From positions 1-41,819 of the IMG/VR virus record IMGVR_UViG_2579779007_000006: a stretch of DNA of 41,819 nucleotides. One strand, 5' to 3'. Under the pieces are notes generated by a model. It saw only the letters and a list, made by a program, of their open reading frames with translations. It searched no databases and had not been told where the DNA came from. Position numbers and translations under genes: made by a program. This document shows, in pieces, positions 9,569 to 19,141 of this stretch. How positions within the stretch are numbered: position 1 is the stretch's first letter; every line of letters begins with the position of its first letter. This DNA comes from a virus (Duplodnaviria; Heunggongvirae; Uroviricota; Caudoviricetes).

Positions 9569-10935
9569 TGCACTGGCACCTTCAGAGGGATCACCGGCAC
9601 AAAGCCGGGATGCGTAATGGCATTACGCCGGATAATGTCCGCGTCACGCGCCGCGTTATCAAACCAGGTCGCCGCCAGCACCAGCGCGGGTAAAACCTCA
9701 TCCGGCGTGCGCTGAATGATCCGTGCAGACTGTTCAAGGCGCGTGTTGATATCCGCATTCAGATCTGCTTTCACCCGGCGCAGCGCCAGAAACAGCGCAT
9801 CACTGGTTGTACGGGACAACTCCTTATCAATTGCCGTATTCAGTGTGTCGCGAATGTCGGTCAGTTCTTCCCACGTTGGCAGGTCAACCGTGTTTTTCAC
9901 CGCCGGTGCATTGTTCAGTGCCGGATGCGTGACAGAAGGCCAGCCGGTGCTCTGCGCGGGTGTTGTTGACTGCCCCACTGTGGCATTCTGCATCACCGCG
10001 GAAGTTGTGGGCGCAGGCAATCGTGTGACGGCATACGCCGCTTCGCTGATTGCGGTCGTACGAAGGGTGCTGGCAACCACGTTACGCTGCTGCGTCGCCG
10101 TGGCGGTGGTTTTACTGTCCGTTTTCCAGACGCCGCGCGGTTGCAGATCGCTGCCGAGGCTGACACCGGAAAGCGTTTTGATCATGGTGACCAGGTCGCT
10201 GGCGTTACCATAAAGGCGTTTCCCGGTACGCCACATTTTCTGCACCTGCTCAACGAAATTTTTGCCTGACGATGGCGGCGGCAGAAGTACCGAGATATCC
10301 CCCTGCAACAGCCTGGCGGCATCCGATACGGCAGAATCCACCACTTTCATCGCATCAGAAACATACCCAAGCATTGTGCTGGCATTACCGACGACGTCGT
10401 TCTGCACAAAATCTGCCACGCCATCGATACTGAAACCACTGAAGCTGTCACTGATGCAGTCATCCAGTGCAGAACAGGATGACATCAGCGTCTGCGCCGT
10501 CGCCGCACCTGAAGTGGGGTAAGAGAGTTCTCCCGCTTCGACAAACTTCAGGTCAAAGCGGACAATACGCCCTTCACTCTTCGATGTGCTGACCCGAACT
10601 TCCCCGTCAACACAGACTTTCAGCTCACCGTAAGTCGGATGGACAAGCGTGCCGGGACCGGGTTTATTCAGCGCGTCAATCAGGCGATCGCGCTGGTCAA
10701 AGCAGTCATCTCCCACCACATAAGCTGTGATGGACGGGCGGAAAGTGATTTTCCCCAGGTCTTCGGTATAGGGTTTGTCGCGGTTCGGGTATTCGTGCGT
10801 TTCCACACGACGACCGGTTCCCGCACTTTCTTCTTCAACCTTAAATGGCACACCGCGAAATGACGCGTCCTGAAGTCTGTCTTTCCACGTCATATAAACT
10901 CCGTACATAAAAAATCCCACCGGAGTGGGACTCAT
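9565..10935 (-). CDS. DNA circulation protein (Mu N-like)
   Basis: 456 aa immediately downstream of the tape measure gene, as in Mu-type tail modules. Confidence 0.7.
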   Translation of the reverse strand: MSPTPVGFFMYGVYMTWKDRLQDASFRGVPFKVEEESAGTGRRVETHEYPNRDKPYTEDLGKITFRPSITAYVVGDDCFDQRDRLIDALNKPGPGTLVHPTYGELKVCVDGEVRVSTSKSEGRIVRFDLKFVEAGELSYPTSGAATAQTLMSSCSALDDCISDSFSGFSIDGVADFVQNDVVGNASTMLGYVSDAMKVVDSAVSDAARLLQGDISVLLPPPSSGKNFVEQVQKMWRTGKRLYGNASDLVTMIKTLSGVSLGSDLQPRGVWKTDSKTTATATQQRNVVASTLRTTAISEAAYAVTRLPAPTTSAVMQNATVGQSTTPAQSTGWPSVTHPALNNAPAVKNTVDLPTWEELTDIRDTLNTAIDKELSRTTSDALFLALRRVKADLNADINTRLEQSARIIQRTPDEVLPALVLAATWFDNAARDADIIRRNAITHPGFVPVIPLKVPVQ

Positions 10936-10953
10936 TAACAGATTAATTTTTCA

Positions 10954-12789
10954 TTACCTGCCAAAGCGCGTATAGCCAACATCATGGCTGACATCAAAAC
11001 CGCTGGATCGCGTTTCCATAACCCGCATACCCGGAGGCGAATTCACAAAAGAGACCTTGATCTCACCATCAACTTTTGGCGCAGAAGCTTTGTTAATCAT
11101 GAAGGGATTCGGGCCTGTGGCATCGGAGGCGTTGTTTGACTGAGCCGGATCCACCGCCTGATAAGGTGTGTATCCCCGTGCCGGTATTCCCGTCCCATAA
11201 GCATCATAAGCACCCGCGCCCCACTGCGCAGAGTTAATGGCATCGACCGTGTCACCGGAACTGTCGGTAAACCACTCAATAATTGGCTTCAGCTTGTCCC
11301 ACATATCCTGAAACCACTTAACAACCGGTCCCCAGTTATTGATTACCATCCCCAGCGGCGACCAGGCAAAAACCTTCTTCAGAAGTTCCCAGCCAGCCTC
11401 AAAATAAGGACCAATGGTTTCCCAGAGCTTCTTGAAATAAGGTCCGACAACATCCCAGTTAGTGATAATTAATCCCGCAGCCAGGGCTATCGCCGTCGCA
11501 ATCATTCCAATCGGCGTCATCGACATGATCCTGCTGACAATACTGATGGCACCGCCAACGCCCATCAATCCCAGTTTCAGAATCGCAAGACCGGCAGCAA
11601 GCCCGACGACGCCGCGAATAACCCGGGGATTTTCATCCGCAAACTTCGTGAATTTTTCCCCTAACTCCCCCAGCCATTGCGTGATATTTTTGGCGTCACC
11701 AGAAAATGCGCCGCCAATAGCCGCAAGGCCGTTAGTTGCGGTCCCCGTCATTGCCTCCCACAGGTTGGACAGCGTACCAAGCTGGGCCTGAACACGTTTA
11801 TTCAGGCTGGCCTGTTTATTCATCTTCTGCTGGATCTGATCGTAGCCATCCTTTCCTTTATCGATTAGTGCATTGACCACCTGAAGGGTTTCGGCATCAT
11901 CACCAAATATTGCCTTAAGTACACCTGTTCGCTTAACGTCGGTCAGTTTTCGCAGCTTTGCCAGTTGCCTGAACATGTTATCAAGACCGCCAAAACTTCC
12001 TTTGCCGTCAGTAAAATCGAGCTGTACCCCGAGTTTCTGGCGGGCCATGACTTTATTGACGTCCCTGATTTTCTTAACGCTTAATCCGGACTGGATAACT
12101 TTTCGCAGGGCATTACCTGCCGACTCCCCGTTCATCCCCATCTGATCCATCATGACGCTGATGGGGGCAAGGCTCTGTGCAGCCTGAAGACCGTCCTTGT
12201 TCACCATCTTCAGAACAGAACTGGTTTTAGTGAAGAAGGACAACATGTTGGTATCGTCAACGCCCAGATAAAACGCCTTCTGGATAGTGTCGAACAGCCC
12301 CATCATGTCTTCTGACGCCGTTCCGGTAGCATCCTGCATCTTTGCAGCAAACTCAGCAGCCGCTTCCGGTGTTTTTTTCAGTTGTACCGCAAGATAAGCT
12401 GTCGCTTTACCTACACCGCCAAGAATGTTTTCTGCCGGGATCCCCTGACGCACCAGCATCTGCATCATGTTCTGGAAATCAGCCGTTGTACCGGGTAGCT
12501 GGTTACCCAGACCAATAGCCAGTTTATTGATGTCCTGAAAGCTCTTTCCGACCTCGCCGTTCGCATCCATCATGGCGACTTTCAGCCCGGTGGCGGCGTT
12601 TTCCTGATCAGCATAAGATTTCAGGGAAAGCGTCAGACCCGCTGCCAGTCCGCCACCAAGCGCCAGCCCACCCTGTGACGCTTCTTCCGCCTGGCGTTTA
12701 AATCCCCGGATTTTCTTTTGCATTTTCGACAGCGCGGGAGAAAGCCTGTCGACACCGGTGATCAACGCCTTAAGCTCAAATTCAGCCAT
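10954..12789 (-). CDS. tail tape measure protein
   Basis: 611 aa, Ala/Gly-rich with a hydrophobic segment, positioned after the tail chaperones. Confidence 0.85.
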   Translation of the reverse strand: MAEFELKALITGVDRLSPALSKMQKKIRGFKRQAEEASQGGLALGGGLAAGLTLSLKSYADQENAATGLKVAMMDANGEVGKSFQDINKLAIGLGNQLPGTTADFQNMMQMLVRQGIPAENILGGVGKATAYLAVQLKKTPEAAAEFAAKMQDATGTASEDMMGLFDTIQKAFYLGVDDTNMLSFFTKTSSVLKMVNKDGLQAAQSLAPISVMMDQMGMNGESAGNALRKVIQSGLSVKKIRDVNKVMARQKLGVQLDFTDGKGSFGGLDNMFRQLAKLRKLTDVKRTGVLKAIFGDDAETLQVVNALIDKGKDGYDQIQQKMNKQASLNKRVQAQLGTLSNLWEAMTGTATNGLAAIGGAFSGDAKNITQWLGELGEKFTKFADENPRVIRGVVGLAAGLAILKLGLMGVGGAISIVSRIMSMTPIGMIATAIALAAGLIITNWDVVGPYFKKLWETIGPYFEAGWELLKKVFAWSPLGMVINNWGPVVKWFQDMWDKLKPIIEWFTDSSGDTVDAINSAQWGAGAYDAYGTGIPARGYTPYQAVDPAQSNNASDATGPNPFMINKASAPKVDGEIKVSFVNSPPGMRVMETRSSGFDVSHDVGYTRFGR

Positions 12790-12964
12790 GTGTGCGTTTC
12801 TCCTGCTCTATCCTGTTTGCCTGACTGACCAGCAAGGGAATTTCACTGATCGGCATATTCAGCAATTCGAAGGGATTAATGCGCCAGTAGCTGGCGCAGT
12901 CAAAGAAGCGATCAGTGAGGTATTCAGCCGTCAGGCCTGGAGGAAAAAACCAGCCACAAGCCAC
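12782..12964 (-). CDS. tail assembly chaperone, frameshift-extension ORF
   Basis: Lies in the -1 frame relative to 12931..13200 and overlaps it by 34 nt; a TTTTTTC-type slippery run on the coding strand sits in the overlap; its end overlaps the tape measure start. Confidence 0.5.
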   Translation of the reverse strand: MACGWFFPPGLTAEYLTDRFFDCASYWRINPFELLNMPISEIPLLVSQANRIEQEKRTHG

Positions 12965-13200
12965 GCCGCTGCATTCAGGTCTGCCGGAGACATCTGGTCG
13001 ACAGAGCTTTGCGGCACTTTCGCCAGCCGCACAATGTATTTCGACACCACATGCGCCAGAAGTCTGACGGACTCATCCTGATTCATCTGGTAGGGATACC
13101 CCAGCTCGCGGACATCCTTCCCGGTGGGTTCATCAAACTCCAGTACGGAGAGTGTCTCACCATGAGCGATAATCGGTTTCTTTAACTCAAGCTCTTTCAT
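12931..13200 (-). CDS. tail assembly chaperone
   Basis: 89 aa between tail tube and tape measure genes. Confidence 0.7.
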   Translation of the reverse strand: MKELELKKPIIAHGETLSVLEFDEPTGKDVRELGYPYQMNQDESVRLLAHVVSKYIVRLAKVPQSSVDQMSPADLNAAAWLVAGFFLQA

Positions 13201-13556
13201 TACTGGTAATCCCCTTCTTCACCGTGGAACTCAAGATCAACCGTGCCTTCTTCGGCATTATGGTTCGCTTCTCCGTGCAGCCAGGCGGACGACAATACAT
13301 AGACCTGACCGTTCGCCAGCTCGGCAGTGATGGTCATCTCATCAGACGAGGTGATTTTGCTCACCGGAAAATTCTTCGGCACCTTGAAGGTCCCTTTGAC
13401 ATAAGGCGCACGGTGAGTTTCCTTGCGGTCCACTGAACCGTCCAGGCCGATGATGTCATCATTGACCGTCCTGTTCATGGGCACCTCAATGCCGCCGGTC
13501 AGCGATAGCTGCTGACCGTCAATTTTGAAATAACAGGTTCCCCCGATACGGGCCAT
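13200..13556 (-). CDS. tail tube protein (contractile tail)
   Basis: 118 aa directly downstream of the sheath gene. Confidence 0.8.
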   Translation of the reverse strand: MARIGGTCYFKIDGQQLSLTGGIEVPMNRTVNDDIIGLDGSVDRKETHRAPYVKGTFKVPKNFPVSKITSSDEMTITAELANGQVYVLSSAWLHGEANHNAEEGTVDLEFHGEEGDYQ

Positions 13557-15052
13557 TATGCAGACTCCTCTGAATACTGAAGACGGAACTGGTTAACCAC
13601 GGCAAAAACACGCAACTGGTTAACATAGTCAGGCGGGAACAGCGTGTTCAGGCGGTTCGGATCGCTGGCATCACGCTCCACAACCAGATACTGCTTAAAC
13701 AGTTCGTAGTTTTCCACGATCCCCGCACGCTCAAGCTGACGGTAGGTTGCCAGCAGTTCCCCTTTGATTACCGCCGGGGTGACAATCGCCTGACCGGGAC
13801 CAAAGCGGGTACCGTCGCTGGCAAGCTTGTGACGCCCGTACTTACTGGTAATGACGGATTTCAGTTTGCGCAGTACATACGCACTGGTATGCAGCGTCTC
13901 GCTGTCGAGGTAGCTGTTATCCGCAACCCCGTAAGCATTTTTCCTGTACGTGGTGACATCACGCTGAATGCGCAGCACCCCGCTTTCGACATACGCCGTT
14001 GCCACGCCATGAGACAGCAGGGTCTGCTGCTCGGTCATCGTGAACCGTTTCCCCTTCGGCGCAGGCAGCATACCCACCAGCTCACCGGTCTGCGTGGGAC
14101 GTGCCGGATCGTTGCGGATAAACACCGCTGCGCGGGCGGTACGGCTTGCCGCCAGCTCGTCGGCAGGCGTCTGGGTGTCTTTTTCGTACCCCGCCAGGGT
14201 AATGTGCTGCTGGTTAAACTGGTCACCTGCGGTCACCAGTTCTGACAGCGTGCCGATCTTTGCCGTATACACATGACCATACAGCTGACGCGCATAGCTC
14301 CAGCGACCGCTGGTATCGTTCATCTCGGTCACCAGCGTGTTAACGGAGGCCGTGTCGTTGAACGGCAGGCCGATATAATCAAACGGCTCATCCGCCATTG
14401 CAGCCACCGCGCCGGTGAGAACAGGAGCGCCCGTTCCGGCGTTCCCCGTCGCCACGGCAATCTGTACGCCCGCTGGCAGCACTTCGCCCCCACCGAAGCC
14501 GTAGTAATTGAGGCTGACAGGAATTTCATTCCCGCAAAGCCCCTTATGACGCGCGGTCAGTGTGACCACGCCAGCCGAAGATGAAGCTGTAAACGGCAGA
14601 GTCGGAACGGCATTGATGGCATCTTTGATACTGCTGGCAATCGTCGTGACGTTATCGCCGTTGGTCACCGGTGCCTGCACGCGGGTACGTCCCACATAAA
14701 CATTCACCGTGCCGGTTTTGGTTGCCGCCCCGGTCACCGTCAGCGTAACTGTTGCCGCCGCGCCCGTGGATTCAGGAACGGCAATCACATACAGCTCACC
14801 AAACGGGTCGGTCTGGCGATAAGCCTCGACCATACGCGCCAGCTGACTTCCCGCACCACAAATCTGGCGTGCATAGTCTGCCGACGGCATCAGCACCAGA
14901 CGGTTGGCAACAATCTCTGCACCGTTATTGGCATGACCAATCAGCAGCGATGCTCCGCTGTCCTGTGCAGTATTCGCAGCCTGGTTATCCATTTCCGCAT
15001 AAAACAGCGGAACCAGCGTATTCGACGGAATGGTGTTAAAGCTTATCGTCAT
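13556..15052 (-). CDS. tail sheath protein (contractile tail)
   Basis: 498 aa in the sheath-tube-chaperone-tape measure order typical of myovirus tails. Confidence 0.85.
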   Translation of the reverse strand: MTISFNTIPSNTLVPLFYAEMDNQAANTAQDSGASLLIGHANNGAEIVANRLVLMPSADYARQICGAGSQLARMVEAYRQTDPFGELYVIAVPESTGAAATVTLTVTGAATKTGTVNVYVGRTRVQAPVTNGDNVTTIASSIKDAINAVPTLPFTASSSAGVVTLTARHKGLCGNEIPVSLNYYGFGGGEVLPAGVQIAVATGNAGTGAPVLTGAVAAMADEPFDYIGLPFNDTASVNTLVTEMNDTSGRWSYARQLYGHVYTAKIGTLSELVTAGDQFNQQHITLAGYEKDTQTPADELAASRTARAAVFIRNDPARPTQTGELVGMLPAPKGKRFTMTEQQTLLSHGVATAYVESGVLRIQRDVTTYRKNAYGVADNSYLDSETLHTSAYVLRKLKSVITSKYGRHKLASDGTRFGPGQAIVTPAVIKGELLATYRQLERAGIVENYELFKQYLVVERDASDPNRLNTLFPPDYVNQLRVFAVVNQFRLQYSEESA

Positions 15053-15206
15053 CGGTGTTCACCTTTTTATTCACGCGCCGGATATCACCCGCTGCTTCAC
15101 GGCGCAGCCAGTAGTTGTTCTCATCAACATTTCGCCCTTCGGCGGGCAAAAGGTCGCCGCGGGCAGGATCAGGAACTGACCGCCCTTTAACAGGTTTCAC
15201 AAACAT
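15036..15206 (-). CDS. small hypothetical phage protein (56 aa)
   Basis: ORF MFVKPVKGRSVPDPARGDLLPAEGRN... with a GAGGA ribosome-binding site; below the 60-aa cut-off of the supplied track; overlaps the sheath start by 17 nt. Confidence 0.4.
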   Translation of the reverse strand: MFVKPVKGRSVPDPARGDLLPAEGRNVDENNYWLRREAAGDIRRVNKKVNTDDDKL

Positions 15207-15214
15207 GATGATCC

Positions 15215-15775
15215 TCAGGAAGGAAGGGGTATTTCGGTGTGATGTTCGATATCGCCGTCAGGCCCGTTACCGGGATCGAGATAATCAACATCAATCGCCA
15301 GCGTTCGCAGTTCATCCAGACTGTTCAGGTCATCCTGCTGGCGGGTATCGTCTTCGGTCAGCTCGCTGATGACCGAAAAATCGAACTGATAAATCAGCTC
15401 ATGACGATTCAGATCCAGCAGCGTGCCGCCGTCATAGGTAATCGGGTTACCACACGCTTCCGGGTTCCAGCCCAGCAGAGCCTTAAAGAGCATCTGCCGG
15501 ACATCGTCCACCACATCATACGAGGCAAACTGACCGCGCTCATCACGCCCGTTACTCAGTATGACAACCACGGAGAAGCCCTCTTTCAGCTCCTGCCAGT
15601 AGTCGGTCTGGCTTTTGTTTTCTCCCGGAGAGTCATCACCCGGTACCACATATGCCGCCGGGAGCTTCAGCTTTCCGACCTCCGGCAGATTTTTGAACTG
15701 GGCCGCGCCTGCCACCCGGTTTTCAAAATACGGACAGCGGGCACGCAGCGCAGCAATAACAGGAGTCAGTTTCAT
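15215..15775 (-). CDS. putative tail completion/neck protein
   Basis: 186 aa between the gp10-like gene and the sheath gene; assignment by position only. Confidence 0.5.
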   Translation of the reverse strand: MKLTPVIAALRARCPYFENRVAGAAQFKNLPEVGKLKLPAAYVVPGDDSPGENKSQTDYWQELKEGFSVVVILSNGRDERGQFASYDVVDDVRQMLFKALLGWNPEACGNPITYDGGTLLDLNRHELIYQFDFSVISELTEDDTRQQDDLNSLDELRTLAIDVDYLDPGNGPDGDIEHHTEIPLPS

Positions 15776-16278
15776 CTGTGTCGTCGCTCCGGCTTCAGTG
15801 ATTTACGCAATTCCCGCGCCAGAAAATAGCGTGTCCAGCTGCGGTTCTTTTCAAGCGTTTCCACCATGAAGTTATTACGTGGAGCCAGTCGCCAGCCGCT
15901 GCCACCGGATGCACCACGATGATGGCTGCGACGACGCTTTGCCCCTCGCCTCACGCCATAGAACAAAAAAGCCGGATAAAAATCACCGGTGATACGACGG
16001 TTTCCCTCTCCATTACGCTGGTTAGGGGCTATACGTGCCATAAAACCAGGGCGATGTTTACTGGCTCTGGGTACCATGTAACCAATCGAATGAGCCAGGC
16101 GTCCGGTCTGATAACCGGGGTTTTCACCCGGTGCCGACCGCGCACGGCGCATCACCAGCCGACGGGCATCACGCATATGACGCTGACCAATCGTGACAAA
16201 CGCCCGCCGGACACGGGCGCGGTTAAAGCGCATCTCCGCAGGCTGCTGAAAATCAACGTGCAAAAAGGAAGTCGTCAT
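15772..16278 (-). CDS. HK97 gp10-family head-tail joining protein
   Basis: 168 aa, very basic, in conserved order. Confidence 0.6.
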   Translation of the reverse strand: MTTSFLHVDFQQPAEMRFNRARVRRAFVTIGQRHMRDARRLVMRRARSAPGENPGYQTGRLAHSIGYMVPRASKHRPGFMARIAPNQRNGEGNRRITGDFYPAFLFYGVRRGAKRRRSHHRGASGGSGWRLAPRNNFMVETLEKNRSWTRYFLARELRKSLKPERRHR

Positions 16279-16663
16279 TGTTGTCTCCGTGACTCTGCCT
16301 ACATTCGCCCAGCTCCGTACACTCCAGCAGCAGAAAGCGCCGCGCCCCGTTCAGATCGCGCTGACGTTTCACCCGGTACACACTGTCACCGCAGACCACC
16401 TCATAATCAGCGGTGATCCCCCGGCGGTAACGAATGGTGATGTAATGGGTGATGGCGTCCCCGGTCTGCGCGGTTTCCTGCCAGGTGGTGGCACTGGTCT
16501 GGATAACCTTCGCCCATGTCCGGAACGTAACCGGGTATTGAGGCTCCACGCCAAAGTTATCCGCGGGCATATCCACCCGCTGGCGGATCAGGACGCGTTT
16601 ATTCAGTTCACCGGGGTCCGGCAGAATGTAGGTTGCGCTGGTCTGCGCCTGACGAATTTTCAT
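16253..16663 (-). CDS. head closure / head-tail adaptor protein
   Basis: 136 aa following the gp6-like connector gene. Confidence 0.6.
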   Translation of the reverse strand: MKIRQAQTSATYILPDPGELNKRVLIRQRVDMPADNFGVEPQYPVTFRTWAKVIQTSATTWQETAQTGDAITHYITIRYRRGITADYEVVCGDSVYRVKRQRDLNGARRFLLLECTELGECRQSHGDNNDDFLFAR

Positions 16664-16983
16664 TGCGGAAAGTACCTGTACGGGCCGACAAGCCAGCCAA
16701 AACTCTGCGGCATGTCGAGTTTCTCCACTTCCGTAACCGACGAGCGGTTTTCGTAAAAATGGCTGATAAGCATCAGCATCCCCAGACGAATATCATCCGG
16801 CAGGTGCAGCCCGTCCGGATCGCTGTCCGGAATGGTTTCATCCGGTGCATAGAGCTTCCGGTTCAGATACGTTTCCGTCCGCTTTTGTGCCGCACAGGCC
16901 AGCAGTTGCAGATGGCGGTCATCAGCATCGAAATCCTCATCCAGCCGGAGTTGGGCTTTAATCTCTTCCATTGTCAGAAGCAT
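16660..16983 (-). CDS. gp6-like head-tail connector protein
   Basis: 107 aa, position after the capsid gene. Confidence 0.65.
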   Translation of the reverse strand: MLLTMEEIKAQLRLDEDFDADDRHLQLLACAAQKRTETYLNRKLYAPDETIPDSDPDGLHLPDDIRLGMLMLISHFYENRSSVTEVEKLDMPQSFGWLVGPYRYFPQ

Positions 16984-16985
16984 AC

Positions 16986-17186
16986 TCAGCCCTCTTTACT
17001 GGTCGTGGCTTTTTTCTCTTTTGTCGCTTTACTGCTTTTTGCACTGGTTCCGCGCTCTGCTAACCCGGCCTGAAGTGCAATCTCCTGCACCCGGGCAGGA
17101 AGCGCCCCGTCGTCATACTCACCGGCCCGAATGACCTCAACACGCATACCGTCCGGTGACCATTTCAGATCTTGTTTCAGGATCAT
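16986..17186 (-). CDS. hypothetical small head-associated protein
   Basis: 66 aa with a Lys/Ser-rich tail, between capsid and connector genes. Confidence 0.4.
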   Translation of the reverse strand: MILKQDLKWSPDGMRVEVIRAGEYDDGALPARVQEIALQAGLAERGTSAKSSKATKEKKATTSKEG

Positions 17187-17234
17187 GATTCTTCACCCGT
17201 CAGAACAGGGGCGCGGTTCCGCGCCCCTGAGTGA

Positions 17235-18440
17235 TTACGCCACTGCAATCTTCAGCAGTTTGATGGCCTGCGAATCGACCAGCATGCCGCCGGTGCGTTT
17301 GGTGGTATAAAAACCGACAAACGGTTTATTGGTGTACGGGTCACGCAGAATGCGGGTGCCGATACGGTCAACGATGGTGTAACCCCGTTTGAAGTTACCA
17401 AATGCAATGGCTTTCGCATCAGCGGCGATATCCGGCATCTGTTCGTTTTCAGCGATACCGTAACCCGCCAGAGAGGACGGCTGCCCCAGCTCCAGCCCCG
17501 GACGCCACAGATAGTTACCCTCGCTGTCTTTCTGCAGACGGATGGCAAACAGGCTGTTGTTGTTCATCATGAACTTCGCGCCTGTGCGGTGTGCCTTACG
17601 CAGCGTGTAAATCAGTTTGATAATGGCGTCTGCGGTCACCGCCGTCGCGTCGCCGGATACAATATGCTGAAGTTTGCCGAACGCCCGGACCTTATCGGTT
17701 TCATCCGTGGATTCATACGCCAGGAACCCTTTCGGCTTCTTGGTACCATCGCCGGTGGTAAAGGCAATTTCTTCCTGTTCGGCAAATTCGGTTGCCAGCT
17801 CGCTGTTGATCCATGCTTCCACGTTGAAAAAGGCATCATCCAGCATTTTCTGGGTGGCCTGCGGGTTACCGTAGATTTCCCCCATGAAAGGTTCAATCAG
17901 GCCCAGTTTTGAGGTGGCAGTCTGGGAGCGCGCGTCAGTCTCGCCAACCCATCCGGAAGCCGTGCCGCCCAGATTCACCAGTTTTTTGTAGTCGGAACCA
18001 CCAACGGTGATCACCGTGGCTTCCTGGCGCATCACCACTTCATCTTTCAGCAGGGTGAGAATGTTGCGATCCAGTGCTTCCGGCACGGCATAGCCGCCGT
18101 CTTCATCGGTGCCCACCTGTAATGCCTTGCGCTCCAGATCGCGCAGACCATCTTCACGGCCTTTACGCAGGAAGCCCACAAACGCTTCTTTATGCTCGGT
18201 GGCCAGTTTATTTTGCGCACCACCTGCCGGACGTTTCAGCTCAAGCAGCTCTTTTTCAAGGTCGCTTTTGAGATTTTCCAGCTCGCTGAGTTTCCCGTTC
18301 AGGGTTTCCACCTGCCCGGCAAGCTTGCCTTTTTCCTGCTCAATCGCATCCACGCGCTTGTCGTTCTTTGCTTTGAAGTCGTCAAACTTCTGCTGCAGCT
18401 CCTGCGCGACCTGTTCGACATCTTTAATATCAACCGCCAT
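17235..18440 (-). CDS. major capsid protein, HK97 fold family
   Basis: 401 aa with an N-terminal coiled-coil delta-like domain, downstream of the prohead protease. Confidence 0.9.
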   Translation of the reverse strand: MAVDIKDVEQVAQELQQKFDDFKAKNDKRVDAIEQEKGKLAGQVETLNGKLSELENLKSDLEKELLELKRPAGGAQNKLATEHKEAFVGFLRKGREDGLRDLERKALQVGTDEDGGYAVPEALDRNILTLLKDEVVMRQEATVITVGGSDYKKLVNLGGTASGWVGETDARSQTATSKLGLIEPFMGEIYGNPQATQKMLDDAFFNVEAWINSELATEFAEQEEIAFTTGDGTKKPKGFLAYESTDETDKVRAFGKLQHIVSGDATAVTADAIIKLIYTLRKAHRTGAKFMMNNNSLFAIRLQKDSEGNYLWRPGLELGQPSSLAGYGIAENEQMPDIAADAKAIAFGNFKRGYTIVDRIGTRILRDPYTNKPFVGFYTTKRTGGMLVDSQAIKLLKIAVA

Positions 18441-18454
18441 CGTATTTCTCCTGA

Positions 18455-19141
18455 TTAGAAGTTCAGATTTTTCAGTGCATTCAGTGCAGAGCCCACATCC
18501 TCAGCGTCGCGCAGGGACAGTGCGCCATAGCCCCCGGCCATGAATGCTTTGGCCTGGGTACGGGAGAGTCCGACATCACGCAGGACTCTTTCGATTTTTT
18601 TCTGTTCGGGGATTTCCCCGCGGGCCAGTGCGTTCTTGACGTCGCTGATCCGCGCCTCGTCGTTAGACGGGAACGTCACCAGGCTGACTTCCCAGAGGTC
18701 GATTTCTTTCAGCAGAAAGGCTTCTTTGCTCCGGTCGTATTCCCAGTCTTTCAGGACGTACCCAATAGAAAGGCCGGTTAACGAACCGGCCTTCATGTGT
18801 GCATGTGCGCGTTTTGCGAGGGGATCATCATCAATAAGCAACCGTCCCCTGACGTAAAGCCCGACATCGTCTTCCTTCATTTCGGTGTAAACACCGATGG
18901 GTTCATCCATGCGGTGCTGCCAGAGCAGCGCAGGTAACGCTTTTCTGTCACTCCACGCCCGCAGGGAAGCAGCAAATGCCCCGGACATCACCACATCATC
19001 GTGGCTGTCCTTTACACCAAAGACGGAGCCATACCCTTCAAACTCACCGGAGTCACTGACAGATTTCAGACTCAGCGGTACATCAAGACGTTGTTTCGTC
19101 TGCATTGGCGTTATCCTTCTGCTTACCGGCTTTACTGCCAT
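18455..19141 (-). CDS. prohead protease (HK97 gp4-like)
   Basis: 228 aa between portal and capsid; true start may be the internal Met at about 19105. Confidence 0.85.
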   Translation of the reverse strand: MAVKPVSRRITPMQTKQRLDVPLSLKSVSDSGEFEGYGSVFGVKDSHDDVVMSGAFAASLRAWSDRKALPALLWQHRMDEPIGVYTEMKEDDVGLYVRGRLLIDDDPLAKRAHAHMKAGSLTGLSIGYVLKDWEYDRSKEAFLLKEIDLWEVSLVTFPSNDEARISDVKNALARGEIPEQKKIERVLRDVGLSRTQAKAFMAGGYGALSLRDAEDVGSALNALKNLNF

